This document shows positions 8,588 to 19,909 of a stretch of 64,000 bases of DNA, in pieces. The DNA lies in contig JAFNYY010000096.1 of NCBI GenBank assembly GCA_017383125.1, positions 9,026-73,025 on the forward strand, written 5' to 3'. Under the pieces are notes generated by a model that did no database searches, was not told where the DNA came from, and worked only from the letters and a program-made list of their open reading frames with translations. Position numbers and translations under genes: made by a program. The stretch comes from Schwartzia sp. (in: firmicutes) (GTDB lineage: Bacteria > Bacillota > Negativicutes > Selenomonadales > Selenomonadaceae). Each line of letters begins with the position of its first letter. The stretch's first letter is position 1.

Positions 8588-10024
8588 TCAGCCAAGCTTC
8601 TTTGCCAGCAGCTGATTGACCATGCCCGGGTTTGCCTTTCCCTTGCTGGCCTTCATTACCTGACCGACAAGAGCGCCGATAGCCTTCTTATTGCCGCCCT
8701 TGTAGTCGGCTACAGCCTTTTCGTTGTTGGCGATGACTTCATCAACGATTGCTTCAATAGCACCGGTATCGGTAATCTGAACAAGTCCCTTGGCCTCGAC
8801 AATCTTCTCCGGCTCATCGGGGCAGTTCCACATCTCAGCGAATACGGTCTTGGCAATCTTGGAGGAAATGGTTCCCTTGCTGATGAGAGCTATCATCTTA
8901 GCCAGTCGTCCAGCCTCCACCGGAGACTCGGTGATGGTCTTGCCCTCGGCATTCAGGTTCTTGGACAGGTCGCCCATAATCCAGTTGGCGGCCAATTTCG
9001 CATCAGCACCGCCCTCAACAACAGCATCGAAATACTCTGCCATTGCGCGGGAAGCCGTGATTACACCGGCATCATAAGCGGTGAGTCCCATCTCTACCAG
9101 ACGAGCCCGACGGGCATCCGGAAGCTCCGGAAGCTTCTTGCGGTATTCCTCGATTTCCTCGTCGGTGGTGACGATGGGAACGAGATCCGGCTCCGGCATA
9201 TAGCGGTAATCCTGCGCTTCTTCTTTGGAGCGCATGGAGAGAGTGATTCCCTTATTGGGATCCCAGGTGCGGGTTTCCTGACGGATGGTTCCGCCGTCCT
9301 CAACCACTTCAATCTGGCGCTGAATCTCATAAGCCAGAGAGTCCTCAACAGCCTTGAAGGAGTTGATATTCTTCATTTCGGTACGGGTACCGAGCTTCGT
9401 CTCGCCCACCGGACGGACGGAAACATTCAGGTCGGCGCGGAGATTGCCCTGCTCCATACGGCAGTTGGAAACATCCACATATTCCAGAATACTCTTGACC
9501 TTCTCCATGTAGGCACGAGCCTCTTCGGGGCTGCTCATGTCCGGCTCGGAGACGATTTCGATAAGGGGTACACCGGTACGGTTGTAATCTACATTGGAGG
9601 AATCGGAGTCCTTGATCGTGCTGCCGGAGTGAACCAGCTTACCGGCATCCTCCTCCATGTGAATACGGGTGATTCGGATACGCTTCGGCCCGTTGACGGT
9701 ATCGATATCCACATAGCCATGCTCACAGATGGGCAGGTCAAACTGAGAGGTCTGGAAGTTCTTCGGCAAATCCGGATAGTAGTAGTTCTTGCGGTCAAAT
9801 TTGCTGAAATGGTTGATTTCGCAATTCATAGCGAGACCGGCCTTGATGGCAAACTCAACGACCCGACGGTTTACTACCGGCAGAACGCCGGGCAGTCCGA
9901 GGCAGACCGGGCAGACATGGGTATTCTGTTCGGCACCGAAGCTGGTAGCGCAGCCGCAGAAAATTTTCGTATTGGTTTTCAGCTCGCTGTGAATCTCGAG
10001 ACCGATTACTGCTTCGTATTTCAT
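8588..10024 (-). CDS. gatB: Asp/Glu-tRNA amidotransferase subunit B
   Basis: 478 aa. [25 protein letters not shown]...[14 protein letters not shown] is a hallmark GatB N-terminus. The gene sits in gatC-gatA-gatB order. Confidence 0.97.
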   Translation of the reverse strand: MKYEAVIGLEIHSELKTNTKIFCGCATSFGAEQNTHVCPVCLGLPGVLPVVNRRVVEFAIKAGLAMNCEINHFSKFDRKNYYYPDLPKNFQTSQFDLPICEHGYVDIDTVNGPKRIRITRIHMEEDAGKLVHSGSTIKDSDSSNVDYNRTGVPLIEIVSEPDMSSPEEARAYMEKVKSILEYVDVSNCRMEQGNLRADLNVSVRPVGETKLGTRTEMKNINSFKAVEDSLAYEIQRQIEVVEDGGTIRQETRTWDPNKGITLSMRSKEEAQDYRYMPEPDLVPIVTTDEEIEEYRKKLPELPDARRARLVEMGLTAYDAGVITASRAMAEYFDAVVEGGADAKLAANWIMGDLSKNLNAEGKTITESPVEAGRLAKMIALISKGTISSKIAKTVFAEMWNCPDEPEKIVEAKGLVQITDTGAIEAIVDEVIANNEKAVADYKGGNKKAIGALVGQVMKASKGKANPGMVNQLLAKKLG

Positions 10025-11493
10025 TATTCGGCGCCTCCTTCCGGTACAAGAGTTTTGTGATAATCCTGAGTCTGCTCGTAGGCGTAAGCTGCCCGGAGAA
10101 CAGTCATCTCGTCAAGGGGCTTGCCCATGAGCTGCAGTCCGATTGGCAGTCCGTCCGCTGCGACGCCGCAGGGGAGCGAAATACCCGGCAGACCGGCAAG
10201 GTTCAAGGGAACGGTAGAAATATCCATCATGTACATTGCCAGCGGGTCGGACACCATGGAACCAATCTTGTAGGCAGGGGTCGGTGCCGTGGGGCAGGCA
10301 ATGACATCTACGGACTTAAAGGCTTCGGTGAAGTCACGCTGAATGAGGGTACGAACCTTCAGGGCCTTCAGATAATATGCATCATAGTAGCCGGCGGAGA
10401 GTGCGTAGTTGCCGATCATAATGCGGCGCTTTACCTCCGGGCCGAACTTCTGAGTGCGGGTGTTGGTCATCATTTCCACGATATCGGCACCCTCTACCCG
10501 GGCACCGAAGCTGACGCCGTCATAGCGGGCCAGATTCGTAGCTGCCTCAGCGGGAGCAATGAGATAGTAGGTGGAAACGGCGTATTCGGTATGGGGGAGA
10601 GAAATCTCCGTTACCTCAGCACCCAGCTTGGTGAGCTGCTCGATAGCTGCCTTGACGGAGGAAGCAACCTCCGGGGCAATACCGGCACCGAAGTATTCCT
10701 TCGGCAGACCGATTTTCAGTCCCTTAACATCACCGGTGAGAGCCTTGGTGAAATCAGGCACCTCCGCGGGGCTGGAGGTAGAATCCATCATATCGTGACC
10801 GGAAATGACATTCATGATATTAGCCGCATCGGTAACATCACGGGTCAAGGGACCAATCTGATCCAGAGAAGAAGCAAATGCTACAAGACCGTAGCGGGAT
10901 ACACGGCCATAGGTCGGCTTCAGACCGACAACACCGCAGAAGGATGCCGGCTGACGAATAGAGCCGCCGGTATCGGAGCCCAGCGCCCAGATAGCAGAGC
11001 CGGCTGCCACAGCCGCAGCGCTGCCGCCGGAGCTGCCGCCCGGTACGCAGTCGAGATTGCGGGGATTATGGGTAATCTTCATGGCCGAGTTCTCAGTGGA
11101 ACCGCCCATGGCGAATTCATCCATGTTTGTCTTACCGACGACAACCGGATTCTCAGCCGCCAGCTTTGTCATGACAGTAGCATCATAGGGTGCCACAAAA
11201 TTCTCCAGCATTTTGGAGGCACAGGTGGTTTTTATGCCCTTAGTGCAGATATTATCCTTGATGGCACCGGGGATACCGGCCAAAAAGCCAATCTTCTCTC
11301 CGGCAGCAATTTTTTCATCTACTGCTTTTGCCTGAGCCATAGCCTCGTCGGCAAGAGTAGTGATATAAGCGCCCACCTTTTCTTCAGTGGCTGCCTGCTG
11401 AGCCAGCACCGATTCGGTGAGCTCTGCTGCTGATATTTCCTTAGCGACGAGCATATCGTGGAGCTCGTGCGCGGTCTTTGCGTATAGCTTCAA
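10024..11493 (-). CDS. gatA: Asp/Glu-tRNA amidotransferase subunit A (amidase signature enzyme)
   Basis: 489 aa with the amidase signature [14 protein letters not shown]. It overlaps the gatB start by 1 nt. Confidence 0.97.
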   Translation of the reverse strand: MKLYAKTAHELHDMLVAKEISAAELTESVLAQQAATEEKVGAYITTLADEAMAQAKAVDEKIAAGEKIGFLAGIPGAIKDNICTKGIKTTCASKMLENFVAPYDATVMTKLAAENPVVVGKTNMDEFAMGGSTENSAMKITHNPRNLDCVPGGSSGGSAAAVAAGSAIWALGSDTGGSIRQPASFCGVVGLKPTYGRVSRYGLVAFASSLDQIGPLTRDVTDAANIMNVISGHDMMDSTSSPAEVPDFTKALTGDVKGLKIGLPKEYFGAGIAPEVASSVKAAIEQLTKLGAEVTEISLPHTEYAVSTYYLIAPAEAATNLARYDGVSFGARVEGADIVEMMTNTRTQKFGPEVKRRIMIGNYALSAGYYDAYYLKALKVRTLIQRDFTEAFKSVDVIACPTAPTPAYKIGSMVSDPLAMYMMDISTVPLNLAGLPGISLPCGVAADGLPIGLQLMGKPLDEMTVLRAAYAYEQTQDYHKTLVPEGGAE

Positions 11494-11506
11494 AGCTGTC
11501 GCCTCC

Positions 11507-11797
11507 TTATTCTTCCAAAACCTTCGGTACTTTGAAATAGCCGTCTTCCTTCTCCGGTGCGTTCAGGAGAGCAAGCTCCCTGTCGATGGAGGGACGAACC
11601 ACATCCTCACGCAGAACATTCTGCATGGGGAGAGCGTGAGCCGTCGGCGGCACATCAGCGGTATCCGCCTTCTGCAGAATATCCATATAGTCAATAATGG
11701 CACTGAACTTCTCTGCATACTCCGTCATTTCCTCCGGGGAAAACGACAGGCGGGAAAGCACAGCGACGGTATTGACATCCTTCTCCGTTACCTTCAT
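11507..11797 (-). CDS. gatC: Asp/Glu-tRNA amidotransferase subunit C
   Basis: 96 aa. Size, position and sequence pattern ([13 protein letters not shown]...) fit GatC. Confidence 0.9.
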   Translation of the reverse strand: MKVTEKDVNTVAVLSRLSFSPEEMTEYAEKFSAIIDYMDILQKADTADVPPTAHALPMQNVLREDVVRPSIDRELALLNAPEKEDGYFKVPKVLEE

Positions 11798-11886
11798 GAT
11801 TTCACCATCCGTTAATTTTTTCTATTGTACTGCGGATAAATTACATAGATAAATAATTATATCATGTTATAAGCTGTATTTCCAGC

Positions 11887-13224
11887 TCAAGCCTTGATTT
11901 CTCCGTTCAGCAGTCCTGCAGCGGAGGTGGCAATAACCTTCACGGAAAGACCGAGAACGGCCTCATCAAAGGTAAAGTGCGCATCGTGATGGCCGGCAGC
12001 CAGCTTTGCTCCAATGTTCAGATAGGCAGCCTGACCGCCATTGTTCTGAACCCGCTGCATGAAGTAGCTGCAATCCTCGCTGCCGCCGAAATCAACCGGC
12101 TCCTCCACAATTTCGCTGAAAATACCAAGTTCCCTGGCATGCTCGGTAAGTGCGTCTGCCAGTGCCGGTGAATTCTCAGCACCGGCTGCGCCGCCGGCCC
12201 GGCTGATATCTACAGTTACGCCGTACATATCGGCGGCCGCCTTTATGATGCGCTGTGCTTCAGACGCCACATACTCATTGACCTCGGTGGAAATTCCGCG
12301 GGTCTCAAGCTGCAGCAGAGCCTTGTCGCCGATGACATTGCGGCCGGAACCGGCAATCAGCTTGCCGACATTTATACGGCTGGTACCGCCGGAGTGACGG
12401 CTGATGGCATGGAGATTGAGGGCAGCGCAAGCCGCAGCCAGCAAAGCATTCTTGCCCTGCTCCGGAGCCATACCGGCATGAGCCGGTACGCCGGTGAAGT
12501 TTGCATCGAATTTAGTGGTAGCCAGCATGCCGTAGATGCGGGCAGCGATGGCACCGGTACGGGGCAGCTTCATTCCGATATGAGCACCCAGCAGATAGTC
12601 GGCATCATCAACGACACCGGCCTCAACCATTGCATAGGCGCCGCGGACGCCTTCCTCTGCCGGCTGGAATATCATCTTTACGGTACCCTTCAGCTCCTCC
12701 TTCAGTTCCGCGAGGATTTTGGCTACTGCCAGACCGATGGTGGTATGACCATCATGGCCGCAGGCATGCATACCCCAGTCATGGACGGAGGCAAAGCCCT
12801 TCTCCAGCGGCTCGTGTCCAGCATCGGTGGTCTCCATGAGGTCAAGGGCATCCATATCGAAGCGCAGGGCAACCACCGGGCCGTCACCGGCACACTTCAT
12901 GGTACCTACGACACCGGTGAGGCCGCCGGCCATTTTTTCTACCCACTGCGGATCTGCTCCCTCAGAGACAGCCCGCTCCATTTCCTTTGCGAGGCGTTCA
13001 TCAGAAGGAACGCCCATCATGGCTTCCTTCTTCACTACTGCGGCACCGGCCTCCACGGCATAGCCCAGTTTCGTCAGCTCTCCGGCCACCATTGCGGCGG
13101 TGCGGAACTCAGTCCAGCCCGGCTCGGCGTATTTATGCAGGTCACGGCGACGGGTGACCATTTCATCATTCATTGCATCGGCGGCGGCAAAAATCTTCTC
13201 CACCAGGGCATTACTCTGTTTCAT
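11887..13224 (-). CDS. M20-family amidohydrolase (AbgA/HipO-like)
   Basis: 445 aa with the metal-site pattern MHACGHDGHT and the acidic EE pair in FQPAEEG. Confidence 0.8.
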   Translation of the reverse strand: MKQSNALVEKIFAAADAMNDEMVTRRRDLHKYAEPGWTEFRTAAMVAGELTKLGYAVEAGAAVVKKEAMMGVPSDERLAKEMERAVSEGADPQWVEKMAGGLTGVVGTMKCAGDGPVVALRFDMDALDLMETTDAGHEPLEKGFASVHDWGMHACGHDGHTTIGLAVAKILAELKEELKGTVKMIFQPAEEGVRGAYAMVEAGVVDDADYLLGAHIGMKLPRTGAIAARIYGMLATTKFDANFTGVPAHAGMAPEQGKNALLAAACAALNLHAISRHSGGTSRINVGKLIAGSGRNVIGDKALLQLETRGISTEVNEYVASEAQRIIKAAADMYGVTVDISRAGGAAGAENSPALADALTEHARELGIFSEIVEEPVDFGGSEDCSYFMQRVQNNGGQAAYLNIGAKLAAGHHDAHFTFDEAVLGLSVKVIATSAAGLLNGEIKA

Positions 13225-13379
13225 CTTTACTACTCCTTCTGCTTGCTCTGAAACACAGATTGGGACAAAAAAGCCCTCATAAATTGTAGCATGATTGAAA
13301 AAAGAGTCAACCGCTTCTTGTCAAAGGAATGATTTTTACCTACAATATGATTCAGCAACATCATTAAAGGAGATATACC

Positions 13380-14645
13380 ATGATAAGCAAAGAACGACTT
13401 CAAAAGCATCTGGACACCCTTGCCGCCATCGGCAAAAGGGAGGACGGCTTCTACCGTCTGGCCTTCACCGATGATGACTGGCAGGGCCGTGACTATCTTA
13501 TAGGTGAAATGAAAAAGGCCGGTCTCTCCATCCGCGTTGATGCCTTCGGCAATGTCATCGCCCGCCGGGAAGGAACCGACGCCTCTGCCGATGCTCCGGC
13601 TGTGCTGTACGGCTCCCACGCCGACAGTGTCCCCGGCGGCGGCAACTTCGACGGCATCGTCGGTACACTCTGCGCCCTGGAGGTAATGACCAGTCTGCAG
13701 GAGGACGGCTTCGCCAACGAGCTGCCCCTTGAGCAGATCCTCTTCATGTGTGAAGAATCAAGCCGCTTCGGTGCCGCCACCCTCGGCAGCCGGGCCATGC
13801 GTGACGAGCTGACCATCGATGACCTCCATCGTCTGAAGGATAAGCAGGGCGTGACCCTCTACGAGGCTTTGAAGTCCCGTGATCTCCGTCCGGACGAACT
13901 TCCCTCCGCCGTCTACACCGCTCCGGCCAAAGCCTTCCTCGAAGTCCACATCGAGCAGGGAAAGGTGCTGGAAGCCAAGAACATCCCCCTCGGCCTCGTC
14001 ACCGGTATTGCTGCCCCTACCCGTTTCCGCGTACACATTGACGGCAGTGCCGACCATAGCGGTGCCACCCCCATGGGGCTCCGCAGCGACGGAGCCTGCT
14101 TCGCCGCCGAGGTCATCCTGGCCGTGGAGAAAATCGCTTCCGAGTACGGCAAAGACAACGACTTCCCCGCCGTCGTCGGTACTGTCGGCATCGTAAATGT
14201 CACTCCCAATGTAATGAATGTCATCCCCGGCAAGGTCACCCTTGGCATCGACATCCGCAGTATCAGCGCCGAAGCAAAGGCCGATGCCGTCCGCCGGATC
14301 AGAGAATTTGTCGAAGAAGTGTCCAAGCGCCGCGGTATCCCCTACAGCGTAGAGCCAGTTTCCGATGAGAAACCCGCCGTTCTTTCGGAAGCTGCCGTAA
14401 ATCTTTTGGCCGACACAGCCGCCGAAGTACTTCCGGAGGCTGTCACCCTGCGTATGCCCAGCGGTGCCGGACACGACGCTATGCACTGGGCCGAGTACTG
14501 CCCCACCGGCATGATCTTCATTCCCTGCCGGGACGGCATCAGCCACAACGGAGCCGAGCATGCCGAGATAGACGACATCACCGACGCCTGCCGTCTGCTG
14601 GAGGCCGCCGTCAAAAAACTAAGCTGTAAGGATGTGACACTCTGA
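13380..14645 (+). CDS. M20-family Zn amidase of the carbamoylase / allantoate amidohydrolase type
   Basis: 421 aa. N-terminal LQKHLDTLAAIGKREDGFYRLAFTDDD, plus GSHADSVPGGGNFDG and SGAGHDAM, fit the hydantoinase/carbamoylase-family amidases. Confidence 0.78.
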   Translation: MISKERLQKHLDTLAAIGKREDGFYRLAFTDDDWQGRDYLIGEMKKAGLSIRVDAFGNVIARREGTDASADAPAVLYGSHADSVPGGGNFDGIVGTLCALEVMTSLQEDGFANELPLEQILFMCEESSRFGAATLGSRAMRDELTIDDLHRLKDKQGVTLYEALKSRDLRPDELPSAVYTAPAKAFLEVHIEQGKVLEAKNIPLGLVTGIAAPTRFRVHIDGSADHSGATPMGLRSDGACFAAEVILAVEKIASEYGKDNDFPAVVGTVGIVNVTPNVMNVIPGKVTLGIDIRSISAEAKADAVRRIREFVEEVSKRRGIPYSVEPVSDEKPAVLSEAAVNLLADTAAEVLPEAVTLRMPSGAGHDAMHWAEYCPTGMIFIPCRDGISHNGAEHAEIDDITDACRLLEAAVKKLSCKDVTL

Positions 14646-15055
14646 TGGCAGACAATGTAGATGTATCCGTCCCCCACGGAGTAGAGCAGAATATAAAGAT
14701 GGAGCTTCTCGCCATGATTCACAGCGGAGAGAGTCCCTACCTTATCATTGACCATGTGGCCCGCTATCTGGAGGAAGCATCGGCAGAGCCGGGCTATGCC
14801 AACCACATACGGGAAAATATGCGGGCAGTCTACGGCTGCGCCCTCCTTCAGAAGAAGCTTCTTACCGATGAGCTGTCAGATGTAGAGGCACGGCTGAAAA
14901 AAATCGAAAAAGCTCAGACCGAAGGAGATTTCACCGACGAGGAAAAGACCCGTATCGGTTTCGCCATCGGTCTCCATCAGAAAAATATCCAGCGCCTGAA
15001 GGGACTTATCGAGCTGAGCGAACAGGATGGAACCGACCCCTACATTGAGAAATAA
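14645..15055 (+). CDS. Hypothetical 136 aa protein, translationally coupled to the amidase
   Basis: The ATG overlaps the upstream TGA (TGATG at 14643-14647). The protein is helical and acidic. No family was recognised. Confidence 0.5.
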   Translation: MADNVDVSVPHGVEQNIKMELLAMIHSGESPYLIIDHVARYLEEASAEPGYANHIRENMRAVYGCALLQKKLLTDELSDVEARLKKIEKAQTEGDFTDEEKTRIGFAIGLHQKNIQRLKGLIELSEQDGTDPYIEK

Positions 15056-15070
15056 AAATCAGATAAAGAA

Positions 15071-15123
15071 ACAGCCGCAGCGACAGGCATAATAACTGCT
15101 TGTCACTGTGGCTGTTTGTTTGT
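15071..15123. terminator. Bidirectional terminator between convergent genes
   Basis: An 18 bp imperfect stem, ACAGCCGCAGCGACAGGC (15071-15088) with GCTTGTCACTGTGGCTGT (15098-15115), is followed by TTGTTTGT. Confidence 0.6.
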
Positions 15124-15143
15124 CGCTGCTGCTGAGATATACC

Positions 15144-16925
15144 TCAGTGTTTTGTGTCGCTTATCGGCAGCGGAACCTTTTGACTCTGATTCAGTCTGTC
15201 TTTGGCGGCTGCCCGCTGGTCATATCCCGGCACCAGATAGGTGCTGAGAAGGGCCGGTCGGAATTTCAGCGGATCACCGTCTGCCCGCTTCTCATTTTCC
15301 GTCAGCAGGAGGTCCAGGGCTCTGGCCGTATATTTTGCCGAGGCAGTCATGTGCATGACGATTACGGAGCCGGAGCGAACCCGGTTTTTCCCATCGTAAA
15401 TTCCCGACTGAATTGCCCCCACCATTGCGCTGAGAATCGGCGACTTGTAATCGGTGGTGCTGGCAAAGCCGGAGACAATATAGGTAAAACCTGCATCGAA
15501 AATCGACTGTACGCCGTTCTTATTCAGTGCCAGCGTCGGCGGGCGCATAAGCCTGGTCAGCGGATGACGGCCATCCACTACCACATCACCTACCGTCATC
15601 GCCAGCTTCTCGTATGACTCCGCCACATCCTTGGCGTAGGTTTCCTTGTCCTGCATTGCCTCGGTGCGGCGAGTTTTTTCGTTGTACCGGGCCATCGCCT
15701 TGTGACCGTCGGTATGACTGGCTATATCGTGACCGTCCTGTGCAATAGCCCGCAGGAGGTTTGGATTGTTCGGCATATTCCAGGTGATTATGAAGAATGT
15801 AGCCGGCACATGATGCTTTCGCAGCACATACAGCAGCTTGTTTATGGAGTCATCGTTGCCCCAGTCATCGAAGGTAAGGAAAACCGTCCCCTCCGGCACA
15901 TTCTTAATGACGCCGGTCTTGTCCGCCTTTGCAATCTCCGCGGAGGAAAAGCCCAGCATACGGTCACCGCCGTCAACCGAGGGAGAGCCGATGTATCGCT
16001 TATAGAACTCCGTCTTCAGGTTTTCCCGGCTCACCGGCATGGCAATCGTCTCCGGCTTCAGCTCATAGGGCAGCTTATCCGGTGCCACAGGATAGTCGTA
16101 GAGTTTTCCCGAATTGTTCAGTACTTCCTGCAGTGATGCCGCCCGATAGGCCGAGTCGTTCTGCGGATTTCTCTCCGGCGTATCATCAAGGGACCGGTAA
16201 GCGATATTGTCAATCTTCTGATGCTTTACTGCCAGCATCATGTCCCCGGCCAGCGTCTCCTTTTCGTAAAAATCCGTGCGGATATAGACAATCTGCCCTC
16301 TGCCCAGAGAACGCACACCCTTGCCGAAAAGGGTTTCCATTACTTCCTCGGCGCTTTTTGCATTCTTGTCCTTTGTCCGCACCACATTTACGCTTTGGCC
16401 CATCAGCCGGCAGCCCATAGCGGACACCGCTTCAAACATGAAATCCTCGTTTGAGCCGGTCATTTCCCGAACAAGATTCGTATCTGTTCCATAGTCTTCG
16501 CTCAAAATGCTGCGGACGCGCTCTATCTGACCGCAGATGGAGTCAAAATCATCCGGCTTGTCGGCATCCTGACTTACTCTGATACCGATGGCCAGCTCGT
16601 GACCCCGGGATACAATCATGTCGATATTATCCCGGTTTCGCTCCAGCTCGCGTTCCGTGACAAAGAAGGTGCCGCGCATAGACTCCTCGTCCATTTTGTC
16701 CAGCACATATTCCAGAGCCCCGCGCTTGGACAAACCGCCGAAGGTAAAGACCACCGCCTGCTCCGTCGTATAGACGAAGCGCTGACGCTCTGCCTTGCGG
16801 CCTGCATTAGCCTGCCGTTCGGTGCTGTAGGCAGACTGTGCCTGAGCAAACGAGGCAGGCTGCATCGCCCATGACGAAAAGGTCAGGGTAAAGGCTGCCA
16901 ATCCTGCAGCAATCAATCTCTTCAT
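15144..16925 (-). CDS. Secreted tandem NodB-domain protein: degenerate first domain, intact second polysaccharide deacetylase domain
   Basis: The ORF is 15144..16955. The likely start is MKRLIAAG at 16925, with GGAGA 8 nt upstream. Domain 1 reads VVFTFGGLS...GHELAIG, so the DD and HxxxH motifs are lost. Domain 2 reads VFLTFDDWGND...GHDIASHTDGH, so both motifs are intact. Confidence 0.82.
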   Translation of the reverse strand: MKRLIAAGLAAFTLTFSSWAMQPASFAQAQSAYSTERQANAGRKAERQRFVYTTEQAVVFTFGGLSKRGALEYVLDKMDEESMRGTFFVTERELERNRDNIDMIVSRGHELAIGIRVSQDADKPDDFDSICGQIERVRSILSEDYGTDTNLVREMTGSNEDFMFEAVSAMGCRLMGQSVNVVRTKDKNAKSAEEVMETLFGKGVRSLGRGQIVYIRTDFYEKETLAGDMMLAVKHQKIDNIAYRSLDDTPERNPQNDSAYRAASLQEVLNNSGKLYDYPVAPDKLPYELKPETIAMPVSRENLKTEFYKRYIGSPSVDGGDRMLGFSSAEIAKADKTGVIKNVPEGTVFLTFDDWGNDDSINKLLYVLRKHHVPATFFIITWNMPNNPNLLRAIAQDGHDIASHTDGHKAMARYNEKTRRTEAMQDKETYAKDVAESYEKLAMTVGDVVVDGRHPLTRLMRPPTLALNKNGVQSIFDAGFTYIVSGFASTTDYKSPILSAMVGAIQSGIYDGKNRVRSGSVIVMHMTASAKYTARALDLLLTENEKRADGDPLKFRPALLSTYLVPGYDQRAAAKDRLNQSQKVPLPISDTKH

Positions 16926-16951
16926 AAAATCGTCTCCTAAGTATCCTCCGC

Positions 16952-17971
16952 TCACTTCACCCCAGCCAGGTTGAGATTGCCCCCAAGCCTCCAGATATTC
17001 ACCGACTTAATTCCGTTGGCTTCAATCTCATTGAGCCACATATTCAGTGTAGTCTCGTCGGCATACCAGACCTCGGTCTTTTGTCCGGCCCGGTTTCTGA
17101 AGGAAAAATGCAGAACTCCGCTGTCATCCTCACGAGCCGGCTTGGCTTCCTGCTCTTTTGCCATGGCCACTGCCTCAGCCTCGGTGATGTACTGCTTCTT
17201 CCCGCTTTCCTCCCACAGACAGCCGCCGGTGGAAACAGCGGCCTCCACATTACCCGGAAGCTGCCGCATCTTCTTCAGGGTCTTTGCAATGAAAGCAAAG
17301 TCCGCCTTCGGCCCCGGCCCGCTGTGCAAACCGTAGAGATTGTACAGCATCACAACATAATCCGGACCCTTGCAGTAATCAAGAGAAACATCTGCCGACG
17401 GCTCAAGCACCACCCGCAGCTTCAAATCATTCTTAACCGCCGCATACTGCAGCTTGGAAATCAGCCAGACGAACTTCTTCGCCAGTGCCTCGTCCTTGAA
17501 TACCCTTTCGTAGTCAAGCTCAATGCCGTTGAAGCCCTTTTCCTTCGTCAGCCGCACCAGCTCCGCCACATGAGCGTTCATTGACGGCTCATCCTTCAGC
17601 ACCCGCTGCAGGACAGCCAAATCCTTCTGCACTGCCGTCCCCTTACCGGGAACGAAATCATTGGTAAAGGAAAGATACTCTCCCGGCCGCTCCAGACTCC
17701 GGCTGCCCTTCAGCGACAGCAGAGAGTCCGGCACCACGATTTTATCGCCATCGGTAAAATAGGTGCGGAAATAAACCATCGACCGGAGGTCGTGCCTGAT
17801 TTTTTCCCCGTCCTCCCGGCCACTTTCCGCATCCCAGTCAGCAACCCAGGCCGTCATCAGCATCGGACCATGCTGACTGCTGTGGGGCTTGGCACTGCAT
17901 CCCGTGAGCATCAGCAGGCTGACTCCAGCCGCCAATGCCCCGGCAACTATCTTACTGTGCAAGCGTTTCAC
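16952..17971 (-). CDS. Lipoprotein with a GH18-like glycoside hydrolase signature
   Basis: 339 aa with the lipobox LMLTGC. GFNGIELDYE fits the GH18 G-F-(D/N)-G-x-x-x-D-(W/F/Y)-E catalytic strand. Confidence 0.6.
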   Translation of the reverse strand: MKRLHSKIVAGALAAGVSLLMLTGCSAKPHSSQHGPMLMTAWVADWDAESGREDGEKIRHDLRSMVYFRTYFTDGDKIVVPDSLLSLKGSRSLERPGEYLSFTNDFVPGKGTAVQKDLAVLQRVLKDEPSMNAHVAELVRLTKEKGFNGIELDYERVFKDEALAKKFVWLISKLQYAAVKNDLKLRVVLEPSADVSLDYCKGPDYVVMLYNLYGLHSGPGPKADFAFIAKTLKKMRQLPGNVEAAVSTGGCLWEESGKKQYITEAEAVAMAKEQEAKPAREDDSGVLHFSFRNRAGQKTEVWYADETTLNMWLNEIEANGIKSVNIWRLGGNLNLAGVK

Positions 17972-17992
17972 GCCGCACCATCCTTCCGTTGT

Positions 17993-19909
17993 TTACAAGT
18001 TAGTTATGAAAGCATCCAGCAGCTTCTCCCAGTATTCTTCTGCCTGCATCCGGTAAAGTTCCATGCCAACCGGCATCGCTGAGAACAGCTTCTGCTCTTC
18101 CTTTGCCTCCGGCGCGGGCACGGAAATCTCCAGTCCCTTGAATACGCCGTCATAGACATCATCGGCCAGATTGCGCTGGCTCCAGGCATCCTTATTCCAG
18201 CTGCCTTCAAAATAAATGCTGCCATTTTGTTTCACTCTGACTGCGGCATCGCGACAGATTTCCGTTCCGTCCATGGTGACGGTGAGCCTATCGCCCTGCA
18301 GGACAATATCCAGTGCTCTGTCCCCCCGGGAGTTTACCGGAATGGGCGGCACATACTCTTTTCCGCCCTCGGCCAAACTCTGTGCCGGCTCTTCGGCTCG
18401 CTTCGCTGCCTTGGCCAGATAGTACTGAGCCAACTCCGTGGACGGTGCATAGCGGGCAAAGGTCTCCAGCTCCTGCACCTCCACCGCTCTCTTATCCTCT
18501 GCCACCGAAACCGGCTCTACACCGTCCAGCTTCGTCAGCTTCGCCCGGAAAAGTTCGCGGTAATTTTCGTTGTCCAGCTCATTGACCACCAGCTGCCCGT
18601 TAGCCAGGCAGACACATACATAGTCCAGCATAGAATCGCTGGCCCGCAAATAAATTCTCTGATTACCGAATACATTGCCCTGCAGCCGGACCTTCAGATG
18701 AACATCTCCGAATTCCTCGCTGCCCTTCAGCCGGACCATGCCCTTGTTCTCCGGCTCGCTGGTGACGGTGAGGGTATCTCCGGTAAACTCCATCGCTCCC
18801 TGCAGCAAATCAAATTCCTCCGCCTTGGGAGATTTGCCGGTCTCAAAGGTAATGTACTGGTTTATATCGTGCTTTATCCGCATCAGCAGATGATTGGTGG
18901 ACCAGTGGGGCTGCGGCTGCATTCGGGTCAGGTCGTAAATGCTGGCGCCGCGCTGATTGAAGCAGTAGCCCTCACGATTGAAGTTCATCGTGAAAATCTC
19001 GCGAATCCACTTCTCATTCACATCGCTGACCTGCCGATTATTGCCGAAGGCACCGGTATTGGCGTGCATGATGGCATAGAGGCGGGGCACATAGTCAAGC
19101 TGCGTGGCATACAAATACCGGAGCCGCTCGTAGTCATAGCTGATGCGCCGCTTCATGTGGTTATAGCTTTCCTTCGGCTGCTCTTCCTTATCCCGTATGT
19201 AATCCATCAGATAATGATTGTACCGGTTCACAAGACAGCCGCGTAGCTTGGCAAATCTCACCGGGTCCAACTCGCCAAGGTAATTGCCGTGACGGTCAAA
19301 GACATTGATAAACTGCAGACGGTAGCCGTTGCTTCCCATCTCCCAGAAGGAAGTCCTCTCCAAATCCTTCAGCTCCTCCGGCGACAGGAACTTCAGATCC
19401 TTGTTGTCGAATTTTTCCGGATAGGTGAGCATTGTTGCCTTGAAGTTGTACTTCTCCAGAATTTTCTGAGCGAAAATCGCGGTATCCCGGCGTCCGTCCT
19501 CAAACATCAGGAAGAGGGAACGGTCCGGCAGACGCTTTCCTTCCTTATAGTATTCCTCGATGTCCGTCTGGGTGATTGTCACATAGCCCTGACGGTGCAA
19601 AGCGGCCAGATGCTGCTCCAGCACATCCTTGCCAATCAAATCCGACTTGTTTCCGATTCTGTCCACGCCGAAGTAGGACAGTGCAACAAAGCCGGTATCT
19701 GACATCCCCGGCTCCGCTTCCTCGTCCGCCTCAGCAGGAACATAAGTCCCGTGATGGAAAAGGCCCATCCAGACGACATAGGAAAATAAAGCCAGAATAA
19801 GCACCTGCAGAAGAGTACGAAATCTCTTCCGACGGTTTTTCCGCCTGGTATATTTATGGTCTCCGATGACAACTGCAGCGTTTTCCTTTTTATCCATTCT
19901 GCCTGTCAC
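17993..19909 (-). CDS. Membrane-anchored NodB-like protein with C-terminal jelly-roll (lectin/LamG-like) repeats
   Basis: 638 aa with an N-terminal TM segment (LLQVLILALFSYVVWMGLF). The deacetylase-like segment is GFVALSYFGVDR...SLFLMFEDGRRDT. The C-terminus has two beta-rich repeats. The start is ambiguous: GTG at 19909 or ATG at 19897, and both overlap the end of the upstream gene. Confidence 0.6.
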   Translation of the reverse strand: MTGRMDKKENAAVVIGDHKYTRRKNRRKRFRTLLQVLILALFSYVVWMGLFHHGTYVPAEADEEAEPGMSDTGFVALSYFGVDRIGNKSDLIGKDVLEQHLAALHRQGYVTITQTDIEEYYKEGKRLPDRSLFLMFEDGRRDTAIFAQKILEKYNFKATMLTYPEKFDNKDLKFLSPEELKDLERTSFWEMGSNGYRLQFINVFDRHGNYLGELDPVRFAKLRGCLVNRYNHYLMDYIRDKEEQPKESYNHMKRRISYDYERLRYLYATQLDYVPRLYAIMHANTGAFGNNRQVSDVNEKWIREIFTMNFNREGYCFNQRGASIYDLTRMQPQPHWSTNHLLMRIKHDINQYITFETGKSPKAEEFDLLQGAMEFTGDTLTVTSEPENKGMVRLKGSEEFGDVHLKVRLQGNVFGNQRIYLRASDSMLDYVCVCLANGQLVVNELDNENYRELFRAKLTKLDGVEPVSVAEDKRAVEVQELETFARYAPSTELAQYYLAKAAKRAEEPAQSLAEGGKEYVPPIPVNSRGDRALDIVLQGDRLTVTMDGTEICRDAAVRVKQNGSIYFEGSWNKDAWSQRNLADDVYDGVFKGLEISVPAPEAKEEQKLFSAMPVGMELYRMQAEEYWEKLLDAFITNL

